Of a DNA stretch of 64,000 bases, positions 28,965-42,086 are shown in pieces. The stretch comes from Eledone cirrhosa (Eukaryota), in assembly GCA_964016885.1 (NCBI GenBank), contig OZ024741.1, positions 132,556,001 through 132,620,000 of the forward strand, in the 5' to 3' direction. The notes beneath the pieces were generated by a model. It did not search any database, was not told the origin of the DNA, and saw only the letters and a program-made list of their open reading frames with translations. The translations under genes were made by a program, and so were the position numbers. Position 1 is the first letter of the stretch, and each line of letters starts with the position of its first letter.

Positions 28965-29880
28965 ATAGTGTCCTTGGCTCGAGGACCACTTCCCTACTCA
29001 CTACTATCGGCACAGAGTTGGTTACCCGCAGGTGTGAGCCTCGTGAGCTGGAATGGCTCTTCCAGCGCGTCTCCCTCACCATCCCCCAGGGAAACGCCTT
29101 CTCTATTATATTCGCCAGGGACGCAGGGCGGCCAGGACGTGAGCCCCCATTTGCTTATAATAGTGAGAGATAGGGATAGCAGGAGAGACGGTGACAGCGA
29201 CAGTGGGAGTTTGTTTCTATTGTATTCGGACCTGGTGTTTACCACACCACATTAACAATAGCCTGCGCATCGGCGTTTCCTTGAGGCTCGGCCTCCGGAT
29301 CTGCGCGTCACACCAATGTCGCTGCGGATCCACCGTCGACCCTTTCGGCCTCCACCCGCTTTCCTGTCGCCAGTGCCGGCCGCCTTCCACGCCATGCTGC
29401 CCTCAACGAAGTCATAAAGCATGACTTGGACGCTGCAGGCTTCCCTTCCCAGCTCAAGCCGGTGGGGCTGGACCGAGGGGACGGCAAAAGGCCAAATGGC
29501 ATGACCATCTTCCCGTTCCGCGGTGGCAAACCCCTCGTCTGGGATGCCACTTGCACCGGCACTTTCTGCAGCCGCAACCTGGTGCAGTCTGTGACTAACC
29601 CGGGTTCTGTTGCACGTCGGGCTGAGGAGGCTAAACTCCTCGAATACCGATCTCTCTCCGAGAGGTTTCTTTTGTACCCCTGGCAGTGGAGACGTCTGGT
29701 GTCCTCGGTCCTAGGGCTACCTCCCTACTCACCACCATAGGCGCTGAGCTGGCCAACCGCAGGTGTGGGCCCCGCGAGTTGGAGTGGCTTTTCCAGCGCG
29801 TCTCCCTTGCCATCCTCCGGGGAAACGCCTTCTCTATTCTGACCGCCGGGGCTGTGGGTGTCCCATCGCGTATCATTCCA
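28965..29880 (+). mobile_element. CRE-clade non-LTR retrotransposon 3' end (zinc knuckle and REL), preceded by a diverged duplicate of its 3' tip
   Basis: LRLG..CRCG..HPLSC, RHAALN, DGKRPNG..WDATC, K..EY, P.AVETSG.LG, FQRVSLAILRGNA. Segment 28968-29120 repeats 29700-29850. Confidence 0.88.
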
Positions 29881-31266
29881 TATTTAATTATGGTCGGTAT
29901 GCGTATGTTTATGTTTTGGATATTTATTTATTTGCTAAAAATAAATGATCTACATGTTATTATTCCTTAATGTTTATAGTTGTTAATAATTACCTTTCGC
30001 GAACAACATCTAGAAATAGGATGTAGAAAGACAATTTCGAAAGTGTAAATATGTTAATAGAATTTTAAAAAATAAAATAACTAAATGTTATTTTCACTTA
30101 CAGAAAATATTGAAAATACTCTTTGATCTTTAAACGATGGATTACCAAATTTTATTTATTTATAGAATTAATTCTGTGCATATAAACACAATTTATAAAA
30201 TAATATGATTTACGAAAAAGTTATTAAGATTTATAGACTGACAGATGCACACACATACACACTCATATCTGCTCACACTGCTCCTCTCCACACACTTTTA
30301 CACGCATAAATACATATGTATCTGTCATCATAGCTGAGGTTGTTTTAGGAAACAAAGGAATTGGTGTGAGCAAGTATCCAGAATATTCCACTATCTTTCA
30401 TGAAACATGTGAGACATCAGGGTTTTACAAGTCACAATACGTCACAGAATAATCGCTGAAGTAAAAATCAGAGAATCTTTCATAAGATTCTATGCAACGC
30501 CTTCTACCGAAGAAAGTGTTCTTTATAAACTAGTAAAAAAATTACATAGCTTGAAAAAAAGAGTTTTGGAGAATGTTTTGATGGCGCAGAAAATATCAAC
30601 GATCTTCTTAGAGGCTCAGCAACAAGAATAAGTCTTCACCGCTTGTCTTCTATATTCATTTTTATATGGCTCCTCATAAATGTTGCTGTCCAAGATGCTA
30701 TGATAGCTACTGAACTACTGCTCAATGAAAGAAATCACTCAAGGAACACAATTTTCATTAATGGTCTTGGGAGTTTCACGGAGGAAAAGGGAAAGGGTAA
30801 AGAAGGGCAGATCTGGTTGTATGGGAAAGTAGAGGAAAGGACTATAAATGCCATAAATGATCGGAAAAGGAAGGAATCTTGAGTCACAGAAGAAAGGGAG
30901 GGAGAAGGGGGAGAGGGGGATGGGCTCTGTGCTTAGGGCAGGGTGTTGTTTGGGCTGCGCTCCGCGGACAAAACTGTAAATTGAATCATAATTTAATAGT
31001 TCTGACTATGACATGCTTTGTGCTGTATTATCCTCAAAACTGATGCATCAGATAAATATCAACATGTTGCGTCCAGATCTCCTGAAAAGCAGAAACGGTA
31101 ATCTACACAAAGTTTGTCACGGACTATACGCATCCATTAGGTTCAATGGCGACAACAGCTTGTGTTGCTGAAATTATTTACAAGAACAATCTTCATGGCG
31201 TACTGCCAGTCATCTATATATAAGTTTGAGCTACTTTCGTCCGTTCGTCCATCCTTTCGTCACACA

Positions 31267-31500
31267 CTAGAGACGACTGAGGAAGGAAGGGGCGATGACG
31301 TCACGCACTAGAGATGATTGATGAAGGAAGGGGTGATAACGTCATGCACTAGAGATGATTGAGGAAGGAAGGGGTGATGACGTCACGCACAGAGATGACG
31401 AAGGGAGGAAAGGGTGATGACCTTACGCATTAGAGATGATAGAGGAAGGATGGGGTGATGACGTCACGCATTATATATGAGGAGGAAGGAAGGGGTGATG
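31267..31500 (+). repeat. 41-bp tandem repeat (~6 copies) containing TGACGTCA
   Basis: Unit CTAGAGATGATTGAGGAAGGAAGGGGTGATGACGTCACGCA. Confidence 0.9.
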
Positions 31501-31996
31501 GCAAACTACAGAAAACAGCGTCTAACATGTATGTCTGTGAGGGTGTATTTTTGTAAGTATGTCTGTGTTTTCACTTTTATAATTATATACTCATACACGC
31601 TGACGCGTGTTGAAAAAGAGTCTAGTCAACATAATTGCTGTTGTCTTGGCAACCAGTTATACAATATCGTCTTCACGAGAGCGTCCCGTCAACGGCATCG
31701 TGTGGATGAAAATATATCTAAAGAATGCAATAAGTGATATGTGTCTAAATACTGTGGTAATAATATATAATGAACAAACAATGCCAACGTGCCAGTTGGC
31801 AAACAAATAATTGAGACTTTTGCTGCCAAGAGAGTCAAAATACAACTTGTACTGTATATTGTGTAATTTGTGGTAACTGTATCTCTTCAATTGAAGAGAT
31901 ACATTCTATTAGGAGTTGCTGCTTGGTGATTGTACTTTTATTTGGGTAACATTTCAGGCAAATCGACTCCTCCTGCATTACTTAAGCAGTGAGCCT

Positions 31997-32046
<50 letters not shown>

Positions 32047-32069
32047 CACACTCACGCACACTAACACAC

Positions 32070-32171
<102 letters not shown>

Positions 32172-32203
32172 ACACGGGTGTGTATGATTGTGTATAGAAG
32201 ATT

Positions 32204-32568
32204 ATATTAATAAAAGGATTTCCAACTTTGTCTGATTTACTCGTTTTATTTACAATCCTTTAAAATATATAATGGTATTAGAATGAAATAGTATGGTAGA
32301 ATATTAAATGTTAAGTGTTATTTAACAAGTACTTTCATGCTTTCGCAATCTTCAGGTTCATATTCTGTGGTGACAGTTGAAAATTGCAAACTTGACTGTC
32401 ACCACAGAGTATGAACCTGAAGATTGCGAAAGCATGAAAGTACTTGTTCAATTAACACTTAACATTTAATATTCTATCATACTATTTCATTCTAATACCA
32501 TTATATATTTTAAAGGATTGTAAATAAAACGAGTAAATCAGACAAAGTTGGAAATCCTTTTAGTAATA
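32204..32568. mobile_element. Head-to-head palindrome of a PLE terminal unit (~175-bp arms) with an HHR-like core in each arm
   Basis: Arms are reverse complements with a few substitutions and a spacer at ~32379-32393. CUGAAGA U-UGC-GAAA-GCA-U GAAA at 32417-32439. Confidence 0.8.
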
Positions 32569-32590
32569 TATATATACATATACACTCACA

Positions 32591-32728
<138 letters not shown>

Positions 32729-33709
32729 TATAGATATATAACCGCACACACTCACACACATATGCATGTTGAATGTTTGTACGTATACACGAATATACAT
32801 GTGTGTATATATGTGTACACACTGTCTAGTCATAAACACATTAAACTCTTATGTATCTGTGATCATATATCGTTTTATATTTATGTATGGCAGCATATTT
32901 TCGTGTAAAACTCGGTGACTTGAATTCCACGGGGGCGAACATTTGGGTAGATCCTATCTGTTGACCTTTAGGATATTACCATCCCTTCATCACCACCTCA
33001 GTTCCCTGCCACCCTGTCAACCAGCACGCTGTCACTAAAGTCCTTTATCTGATACTGCTTTATCTGACATACCAAGTATATATATATATGCATACACAGA
33101 TGCATACAGAGACAAGTATAGCCCTAAACATACATATGTACAAACATATATACACTTAGACATGCAAGCAACTAACAGACGCCCAAAGAAAGACACATAC
33201 AGATACACTTAGACACATGCACAGATATACATAGACACATGTACAGATATATATATATAGACACATACAGACACATATATATATATACGTACTTACAGAA
33301 GGACCTAGACACACACATAGATAGACATAGATATAAACACACAAACATACATACATAAACATACAGATACACATAGACACACAAACACACACTTACACAC
33401 AGACAGAGAGAGAGATAGAGAGAGAGAGGGAGAGGGAGAGAAAGAGAGAAGGAGAGAGACTTAGACATACATAGATATGCATACAAACACGTACATACCA
33501 TAGACTTCTATCTTATTCTTTTAGACACGCCCATCGCATGACCGAATTAACATACTTGTCTTCAAGCTAACAAGAAATACTCTACATAGTAACTCAATTT
33601 GCTAGAAGTAGTGGTTCAATCTCCCACAAATTAACCCACCATCGTCTCAGAAAAGAACTCATTGGATGTGGTCCCAGGTTTATTGGAGTGTTTTTAATGT
33701 GGAGCTAAA

Positions 33710-33900
33710 TAACTGTTTCTACTTTTAGGCACAAGGCCAGCAATTACCCAGTACATTACTGGTACTTTATTTTATCGACCCCGTAAGGATGAAAGGCAAA
33801 GTTAACCTCGGCGGGATTTGAACTCAGAATGGCAAGGGCCGTAACTCTATGCGTCAAAGCATGGTGACCGACCCTCTACCGATACTGCCAATCCACCAAC
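33710..33900 (-). mobile_element. SINE family A, near full length
   Basis: Reverse complement of 53310-53499. Confidence 0.85.
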
Positions 33901-34049
33901 GACCCGCAAAGTCGCTTTCGATTAGCATCGAAAGCGAACGTTCACGGTAAATGCAATAGAGCCATGGGATCCGTCTCCTGGTTCGAGTGGCGCATGCGTC
34001 TTACACGCCGCCGATCCGTCGTCCGTCTTTCTAATTATGTGAGCAAATT

Positions 34050-34224
34050 TTGGGGAAGAGCAAAGTTGAATTAATCAACTCTATTACTTGACTGGTACTT
34101 TATGCTGTCGACTCCGGACAGATGGCAGGCAACGTTAACCACGGCAAGATTTAAACTCGGAACGTAAAGGGCCGTAACAACATGCATTTTGTTAGATGCT
34201 CTACCGATACTGCCAATCCACCGT
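34050..34224 (-). mobile_element. SINE family A, diverged
   Basis: CTCTACCGATACTGCCAATCCACCG head in reverse orientation. Confidence 0.7.
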
Positions 34225-35444
34225 GTGAGACTAGATAACAAAACAATGACAGCAGCATCATGATCATGATCCTAATCATCAACATCAACAACAACAGCAT
34301 CAACAATACCAACAGCAACAATAACAACAAATACAATACAATAAAAACAACCATATTCATGATACATAACTGTAATGGTAATCAGCTGTTCCTAGAGTCG
34401 ATAGCTACCATTCACTGTCAAATCATCTGTCAAGTCTACACTGTCGTTCGATCTACTAGAAAAAGCAATCAAATATCCCTAAATTATACACTGCACATGG
34501 AATAATATAGATATATATAATAACTAAAACATAACTACAAAAAATATTCCTGTTTATCTTTCCCCACTTACAAACTCATTCTCTCTTTCTTCCACGTGTC
34601 TCACTTTCCTGTTTTATGTATTGTTTCCTTCTGTCCACTCCTCTTTCTAATTCCCTATCACAGCTTTTGTCTGTCCCTTTTCCCCTAAATGATAAGCTTA
34701 CCAAAGCAGGCCGTTATAAGGTTATATAACAACAACAACCATTATAAACACCTATATTTATGATATATATCTCACATGTATTATATCGAACCACAAAACT
34801 TCAATTAACTGAAGTTTTCTTAGTAATTAGATTGAAAAAAAAAATCTAATGGAAAGGGAGATAACTAATATATAAGTTCATTGATATTAACCATGTATCT
34901 GCACCTGGAAAGCCATTCTGCGGCGAACAATATGTCTATTTTCTCCAGTTCACCGATATTATCCAAGGAAAAAAGTAAGAATCGATGAAACTTTCTACCC
35001 GTGTACTTGTCGGTGAACTCAGAACGCCAGAACAAATTGGACTGGTAATTTATTCTATCGAATCCAAAAAGACGAAAGTTAAAATTATCCTCGGCGGGAT
35101 TTGAACTCAAGATATAAAGACCCGACTAGACCACGTAACACCTCGTGACCGCTAGATTACTTTAGAAGCGGCGGAGACTTCACGCTAGAAGGCTCGTTTA
35201 CAGTCCATGGAACAAATACCTGCTGATCACTATTCTCAAGTTCCATTGCTCGTGCAATTGCTGTAAATATGTAATTAAACGTTTAACTCCTTGTATAGCC
35301 TAGTGCATTAGAAACCGCTACGATTCAAGTAACGATGTTTAATTGTTCTGGGTTTTAGTTGTATTCTGTATGTAGTTCATAAGTTGTCTATGGTTCTGGT
35401 CGTGGCCCTTTAATTCTGATTTTCTTTTTATATAAGAACAGCTG

Positions 35445-35482
<38 letters not shown>

Positions 35483-36092
35483 CTATATATATATATTGTG
35501 TGTCTGTGTGTGTGTTTGTTTGTGTGTGTGTCTGCGTGCAGACATGTATGTCTGTATTGAACAATGAAAATAAAACAAAAGTCGGGTACAGGCCACTAAT
35601 TAGTTCATTGTGTTACGTTTACGATCGTTTCAGAGGGGTGATTGATCGTGGTAGATCGATATATCGACCAGCGGGTAGTAGTTACGTCGCTACCTGTTTC
35701 TCGTCTCAAAATCCCTCATCAATCTCACCGTCTTCCTCAGAAGCAATGAACTGCGATTTTATTTGCTATATATATAAGGAGGCTGGAATACGCAAGTCGG
35801 CTGTGTCAATCAAAGCGGCATTCAAAAAGGTATTTAAAAGATTTTCCAGTTATAATGATTCCTGTTATTTTAACTTGCTCAATCAAAAAATAACATTGGA
35901 TAATCAAATTTAAGAATTCGTAAATTATTAGGTAAAAACATCAAAATGTCTTTATTTTCAGAGCATAACTGATTTCTTGCATGCTCGTACGGTATAATCA
36001 GCCTAAATTGGTCATCATGTGCTCTCAAATTGTAGCTCCATGATAGTGATTAATTATAAAATATTACAATAAATTATTTACAATTAATTATA

Positions 36093-36214
36093 TGGTCTGA
36101 GTTCAAATCCCGCCGAGGTTAACTTTGCCTTTCATCCTTACGGGGTCGATAAAATAAAGTACCAGTAATGCATTGGGTAATTGCTGGCCTTGTGCCAAAA
36201 GTAGAAACAATTAT
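36093..36214 (+). mobile_element. SINE family A, 5'-truncated
   Basis: GAGTTCAAATCCCGCCGAGGTTAACTTTGCCTTTCATCC. Confidence 0.85.
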
Positions 36215-36587
36215 TTACAATTAATTATGATATGCATTTTCCTATCGCAATACATAATTACATTATAGATAATCGGTGGCCGATTAATCAGTAATCAGTA
36301 ATCGCCCATAAAGGTAATTGATTATCTTTATGAAAAAGCTTCAATCTTTTTTTTTTACTTTTACAATGTAAATTATATTAATTTAAATTTTCCAACAGTA
36401 CAGGACTTCGTTATCAAAGAATCAAAGTCAGAATCAAAGCAACATTTTCTAAATATGCCGTCTATCCTGCGTTATATTTAGAGATTTTATCAGTTGAATC
36501 TTTTAAATTTCAAATATGAATCAATCAGGATACCTCTGTACAGTTGCTCTTCCTATTAGAAATAAATAACTAAATCTCATTTCAAAT

Positions 36588-36766
36588 AATTGTTTCTATT
36601 TTGGGCACAAGGCCAGCAATTATCTCAGTACATTACTGGTACTTTATTTTATCGACCCCGTAAGGATGAAAGGCAAAGTTAACCTCGGCGGGATTTCAAC
36701 TCAGACCATAAAGGGCCGTAACTCTTTGCTGCAAAGCATGGTGCCAGACCCTCTACCGATACTGCC
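36588..36766 (-). mobile_element. SINE family A
   Basis: Reverse complement of the family consensus. Confidence 0.85.
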
Positions 36767-36774
36767 TTATACTT

Positions 36775-37100
36775 TGAAAATGTCTCAACAAATGATATAA
36801 AACACTGAAGACGTCTCAAATAGTCGGCAAATACACATAACACACAGAAACTGTCTCAACAAATGACAAATTAAAATGATATCACACATTGAAATTGACT
36901 GAACAGATGATAGTTAAATATGATATCACACATTGAAACTGAATCAACAAATGACGGTTAAAGATGATATCACAATTTGAGACCGGTTCAACAAATGTTC
37001 GTTAAATGATACCACACACTGAAACTGTCTCAACAAATGACAGTTAAATTTATCAACACATTGAAATTGGCTGAACAAATGTTCGTTAAAATACATATTA
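36775..37100 (+). repeat. Degenerate minisatellite, related to 28240-28520 (-)
   Basis: Recurring GAAACTGTCTCAACAAATGA and GATATCACACATTGAAA. Confidence 0.7.
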
Positions 37101-37106
37101 CACACA

Positions 37107-37187
<81 letters not shown>

Positions 37188-37548
37188 TCTCTCTCTCTCT
37201 TTCCCTCTCTCTCTCTCTCTATCTCAATTATATCTATGACTGTCTCTATCGAGATACACCTCTGTATTATATGATGCAACAAGACAAATACGCTATCTTT
37301 AAGATACCGAGATGCAAATCAGGCCGATCAGTCACTGTATATATTAGAAAATATATATTTTCACCAGCTCTGACAGTTGGCAGGTGAACAGTAAACTGCA
37401 CTAATGAAACATTTACATGCCAACACTAGGGGCTCATTCTACTGACATGGCTTTAAAAAAGAGGCTGTTTGCAAACGAATCGAATATTATTATTCATATT
37501 CGAAAAACTCAGATTACATTTATATATATATTATAAGAACAGATTAAA

Positions 37549-37597
37549 GTTTAAGCAAAGAGTTGGTGCTTTCACCTTTAACGGCATCTTCTGAAAC
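37549..37597 (-). ncRNA. CAGAAGA-core hammerhead-like motif (Naiad terminal fragment)
   Basis: Reverse strand GUUU CAGAAGA UGCCGUUAAAGGU GAA AGCA..UGCU U AAAC. Confidence 0.6.
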
Positions 37598-37609
37598 TTA
37601 AAAAATCAA

Positions 37610-38318
<709 letters not shown>

Positions 38319-38514
38319 TTCGTTTCTGAATTTGTTTAGAAATATTCTTTATCTGAAAACGTGTGTTGAAACCGATATTGTTATACTTTGAGAGGGTCAT
38401 GTTGCCAATAAGAAACACACGCAGCAGTTGCTTTCGCTTCAATTTATTATAAATTAAATTTATAAATTTACGGTTGGTTGGTTGGTTCCACAACCAGATG
38501 ATTGTTCATATATT

Positions 38515-38557
38515 GTCAAAGTTCTTTCGTCACACATTCTGTGACCTCTTCAGTGAC
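38515..38557 (-). ncRNA. Hammerhead ribozyme (left arm, all stems intact)
   Basis: GUCA CUGAAGA g GUCAC-AGAAUGU-GUGAC GAA AG-AA-CU U UGAC. Confidence 0.8.
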
Positions 38558-39137
38558 TGGGGATTCTTTTCTTTGTTTTTGTGTGCCATCCTTTGTTCTG
38601 TCCTACGCCATCTTGTTTTTGTGTGTGCTGTGTGCTTAGTTTGCGCATGTGTTACATCCGGGTGTCTGTGTGTGTTTATATTTGTTTATTTATTTGTTTA
38701 TTTACATGTTACTGGTTGGTTGTTTGTTCTACGTATGTGTGTGTTTTCATTTTGTCCTTAATTGTAAGTTGTGATGTTGCTGTTCCATTCATGTTTTCTA
38801 TTTAATTTTGGTTGGAGTTCATTTATGTTTATTGCCTCTGTGATTTGTCTAAACAGTTTAGACAAATCACAGAGGCAATAAACATGAATGAACTCCAACC
38901 AAAATTAAATAGAAAATATGAATGGAACAGCAACATCACAACTTACAATTAAGAACAAAATGAAAACACACACATAGAACAAACAACCAACCAGTAACAT
39001 GTAAATAAACAAATAAATAAACAAATATAAACACACGGATGTAACACATGCGCAAACTAAGCACACAACACACACAAAACCAAGATGGCGTAGGACAGAA
39101 CAAAGGAGAGGCACAAAAACAAAGAAAAGAATCCCCA

Positions 39138-39180
39138 CTCACTGAAGAGGTCACAGAATGTGTGACGAAAGAAATTTGAC
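39138..39180 (+). ncRNA. Hammerhead ribozyme (right arm)
   Basis: CUGAAGA g GUCAC..GUGAC GAAA. Mirror of 38515-38557. Confidence 0.75.
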
Positions 39181-39324
39181 AATATATGAACAATCATCTG
39201 GTTGTGGAACCAACCAACCGTAAATTTATAAATTCATAAATTTATATATTTAATTTATAATAAATTGAAGTGAAAGCATGTGGTGCGTGTGTTTCTTATT
39301 GGCAACATGACCCTCCCACAGTAT

Positions 39325-39407
<83 letters not shown>

Positions 39408-39997
39408 GAGCTTACTTCGATTTGTGCAGTTTTTTGCAATTTTTTGCAATTCCTTATCACATTTTGAATGCACCCGCCAAAAACCGGGATTGCCTCCCTT
39501 GCAGGGTAACCACGTGAGGTAATCACTTCACTGCTATTCCATTGGAACCCAGTAGGCGGCTGAGAACAGAAAATCTGTTGACGAAATGGCTACCTTGTTC
39601 AATCGCTATACCAAAAGCTTACAACGAAAGCAGACAGTATACTTGATTTAGGGGTCACAGAAACCTCCCATTGGATTTTACCAACACTTTCCAGGAGGTC
39701 CAGGTAATTTTTTGTTAACCTGTTTAGCTTGTTTCGTTTTTTCGGCTAAGGTGGCTGATGGCTTCACGACCACTGTTTTCATTTTATCTGGCCTTTATAA
39801 CTCATGTTAATTGCTCTGGTTTCTTCTTAGTCCATTGAGCGCTTGCCGGCATATCTCGAAGATTGCGTTTCGTTTTGTTTTGGCCACCACCGAAATACGA
39901 TCTCACTGAAATTATATTTGTATATATATATATATGTAAGTAAGTATCAATACATACACACACACACACACACACACACAGACACACACATACACAT

Positions 39998-40028
<31 letters not shown>

Positions 40029-40593
40029 CCCACACATATATACATATACATATGTACATATGGGTTATATCGAATATTAATAATGCTCGATTTCGTTTGT
40101 AAACAAACGAGCCGGATTAGAAGCTGTGCCGTGCCGGTGACCGATCGTCACCTGTTTGTTCAACACTGGATTTGAGGAACAATCAACATGTTTCTGGGTC
40201 ATTACTCTTTATCAGGACTGTATACCTCTTAGCCAATGTGCTGAACGGTTAAAATTATAGTATTTTCTTAACTATAGATCGGCTGAGTGGCCTCATTTGC
40301 ATACCAAGCGAGTTGCGGCTGGCTTTGCCGAATATTAAAAAATAAAATAAGAATTTTATTACTCACTCTAGCACAGCTGATACATAAAAGTAAGTATGCA
40401 TAGATGTTGATTGTTCCGCAAAGCCAGTGTTGAACAAACACGTGGCGGTCGGTGACAGGCACAGCTTCTAATTGGACTGGTTTGTTTACAAACGAATCGA
40501 ATATTATTATTAATGTTCGATTACATATGCATATGTACATATGAACCCATATCTACACATACATATGTAGATATGTGTGTGTGTGTCTGTGTG

Positions 40594-40641
<48 letters not shown>

Positions 40642-41207
40642 TATGCATACTTACTTTTATGTATCAGCTGTGCTAGCGCAAGAAATAAAATTCTTATTTT
40701 ATTTTATTTATATATATATATTACCAAAATTAAATTAAAGATGTCATGTCTGAGAATATGAGAAACATGCGCCATACCACCTGTAGAATAAGCTCAGAGA
40801 TTTTAAGAAATAAATCTGAGCATTTATTAACATTAAATTAAAAATCGGTTGACATATATATATTAAGGAGAACCTTGAAGGTTCTCCTTAATCTTTAATA
40901 TGTTCTCCGTAACTATGTGTGTTTACACTCTTTGTAAATTATCCCCTGTAATTTGTTGATGTGTTTATTTTATATATATGTCAATCGATTTTTAATTTAT
41001 ATATATATATACAAATAAATTATCGAGAATCGGAACTTCGGCCCACGAAATAACGAAAAAAACAATCTTCGAAATGTACGGCAAGGTGCTCAATGGTTCT
41101 GATAAACCAGAGCTATAACTAACGTTTAATACCAACACACTGAGACGATGCCTAAACAATCATTCGCACAGCCAAAAATACGACCAAGAAAATTCGGGTC
41201 AAACAAA

Positions 41208-41270
<63 letters not shown>

Positions 41271-41274
41271 GTAT

Positions 41275-41985
41275 ATAGCGCTCAGCTTTGGAGAGTGGTA
41301 GGTCCTGAGGTATGGTGACAACAGTGGAGGGACTTGAGGGAGTGAAAGTGGCGGAGGGGCTAAGGTGGTTAGAGGCAAAGCGTGTGCAGATCCAGTGGAG
41401 GGGAGAGGAAAGGAGGTGGTAGGTGACGGGAGAGTAAGGTTAGGGCTGGAGGTGAAATGAGTATAGGTGGTAACTGCAGGCAAGGAGCGGAGTGAGCGAA
41501 GTTTGTTGTTTTGGTGGAAGTGAGAAAATTGAAGAGGAGACGATTGAGATAAAAGATGAATTGAACTCCGATCTTCTGTCACTTTTCTTGATCTCTCTCT
41601 CTCCGTTCGTTATCACGCTGCCTAGATTCCTATGGCTATCTTATGGTGAGAAACATATACTCTTACAGCTGATACAGACCAACAAAATACGCACACACAC
41701 CTCTACTTTTCCCTTCACAGCTTTGTATATTACAAGCACGCACACACTCTTTTACTTACATACACACACACATATCCTCTTAGCTTCGTACGGGCGTATA
41801 ATAACACATACATACACACGAACACCAAAACAATCTCAGCCAGACGGAGAAGAGTGGTGGTGCTGGGGTAAGGGGTAGGGTGTAAGTCTAAAATGTGTTG
41901 GAGAGCATGGAGGCCGTCATCATGAGGGATGACAAAACGTTTTTTTTTCCATTTCAGGTAGACGCGCTCCATCATTCACTTTTCC
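41275..41985. mobile_element. Scrambled Neptune-type PLE fragments
   Basis: 41275-41575 (-) encodes STVVTIPQDLPLSKAER (PLE N-terminus). 41590-41830 (+) matches the pLTR at 16870-17060. 41832-41933 (-) matches RT 15528-15630. Confidence 0.75.
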
Positions 41986-42086
41986 AAAAAAGTATATCAT
42001 ACACAAAACGCGAGCATCAACACACAGAAAAAAAAACCGCACGCACATACAGAACCCACGCAACGCTTGTACCCGCACGCATACGA

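Larger units (their letters stand above)
38375..39332. mobile_element. Head-to-head palindrome, ~480-bp arms, 1-nt spacer (38855), HHR in each arm, (TA)n outside
   Basis: Centre GTCTAAAC-A-GTTTAGAC. The arms differ by substitutions and small indels. Confidence 0.9.
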
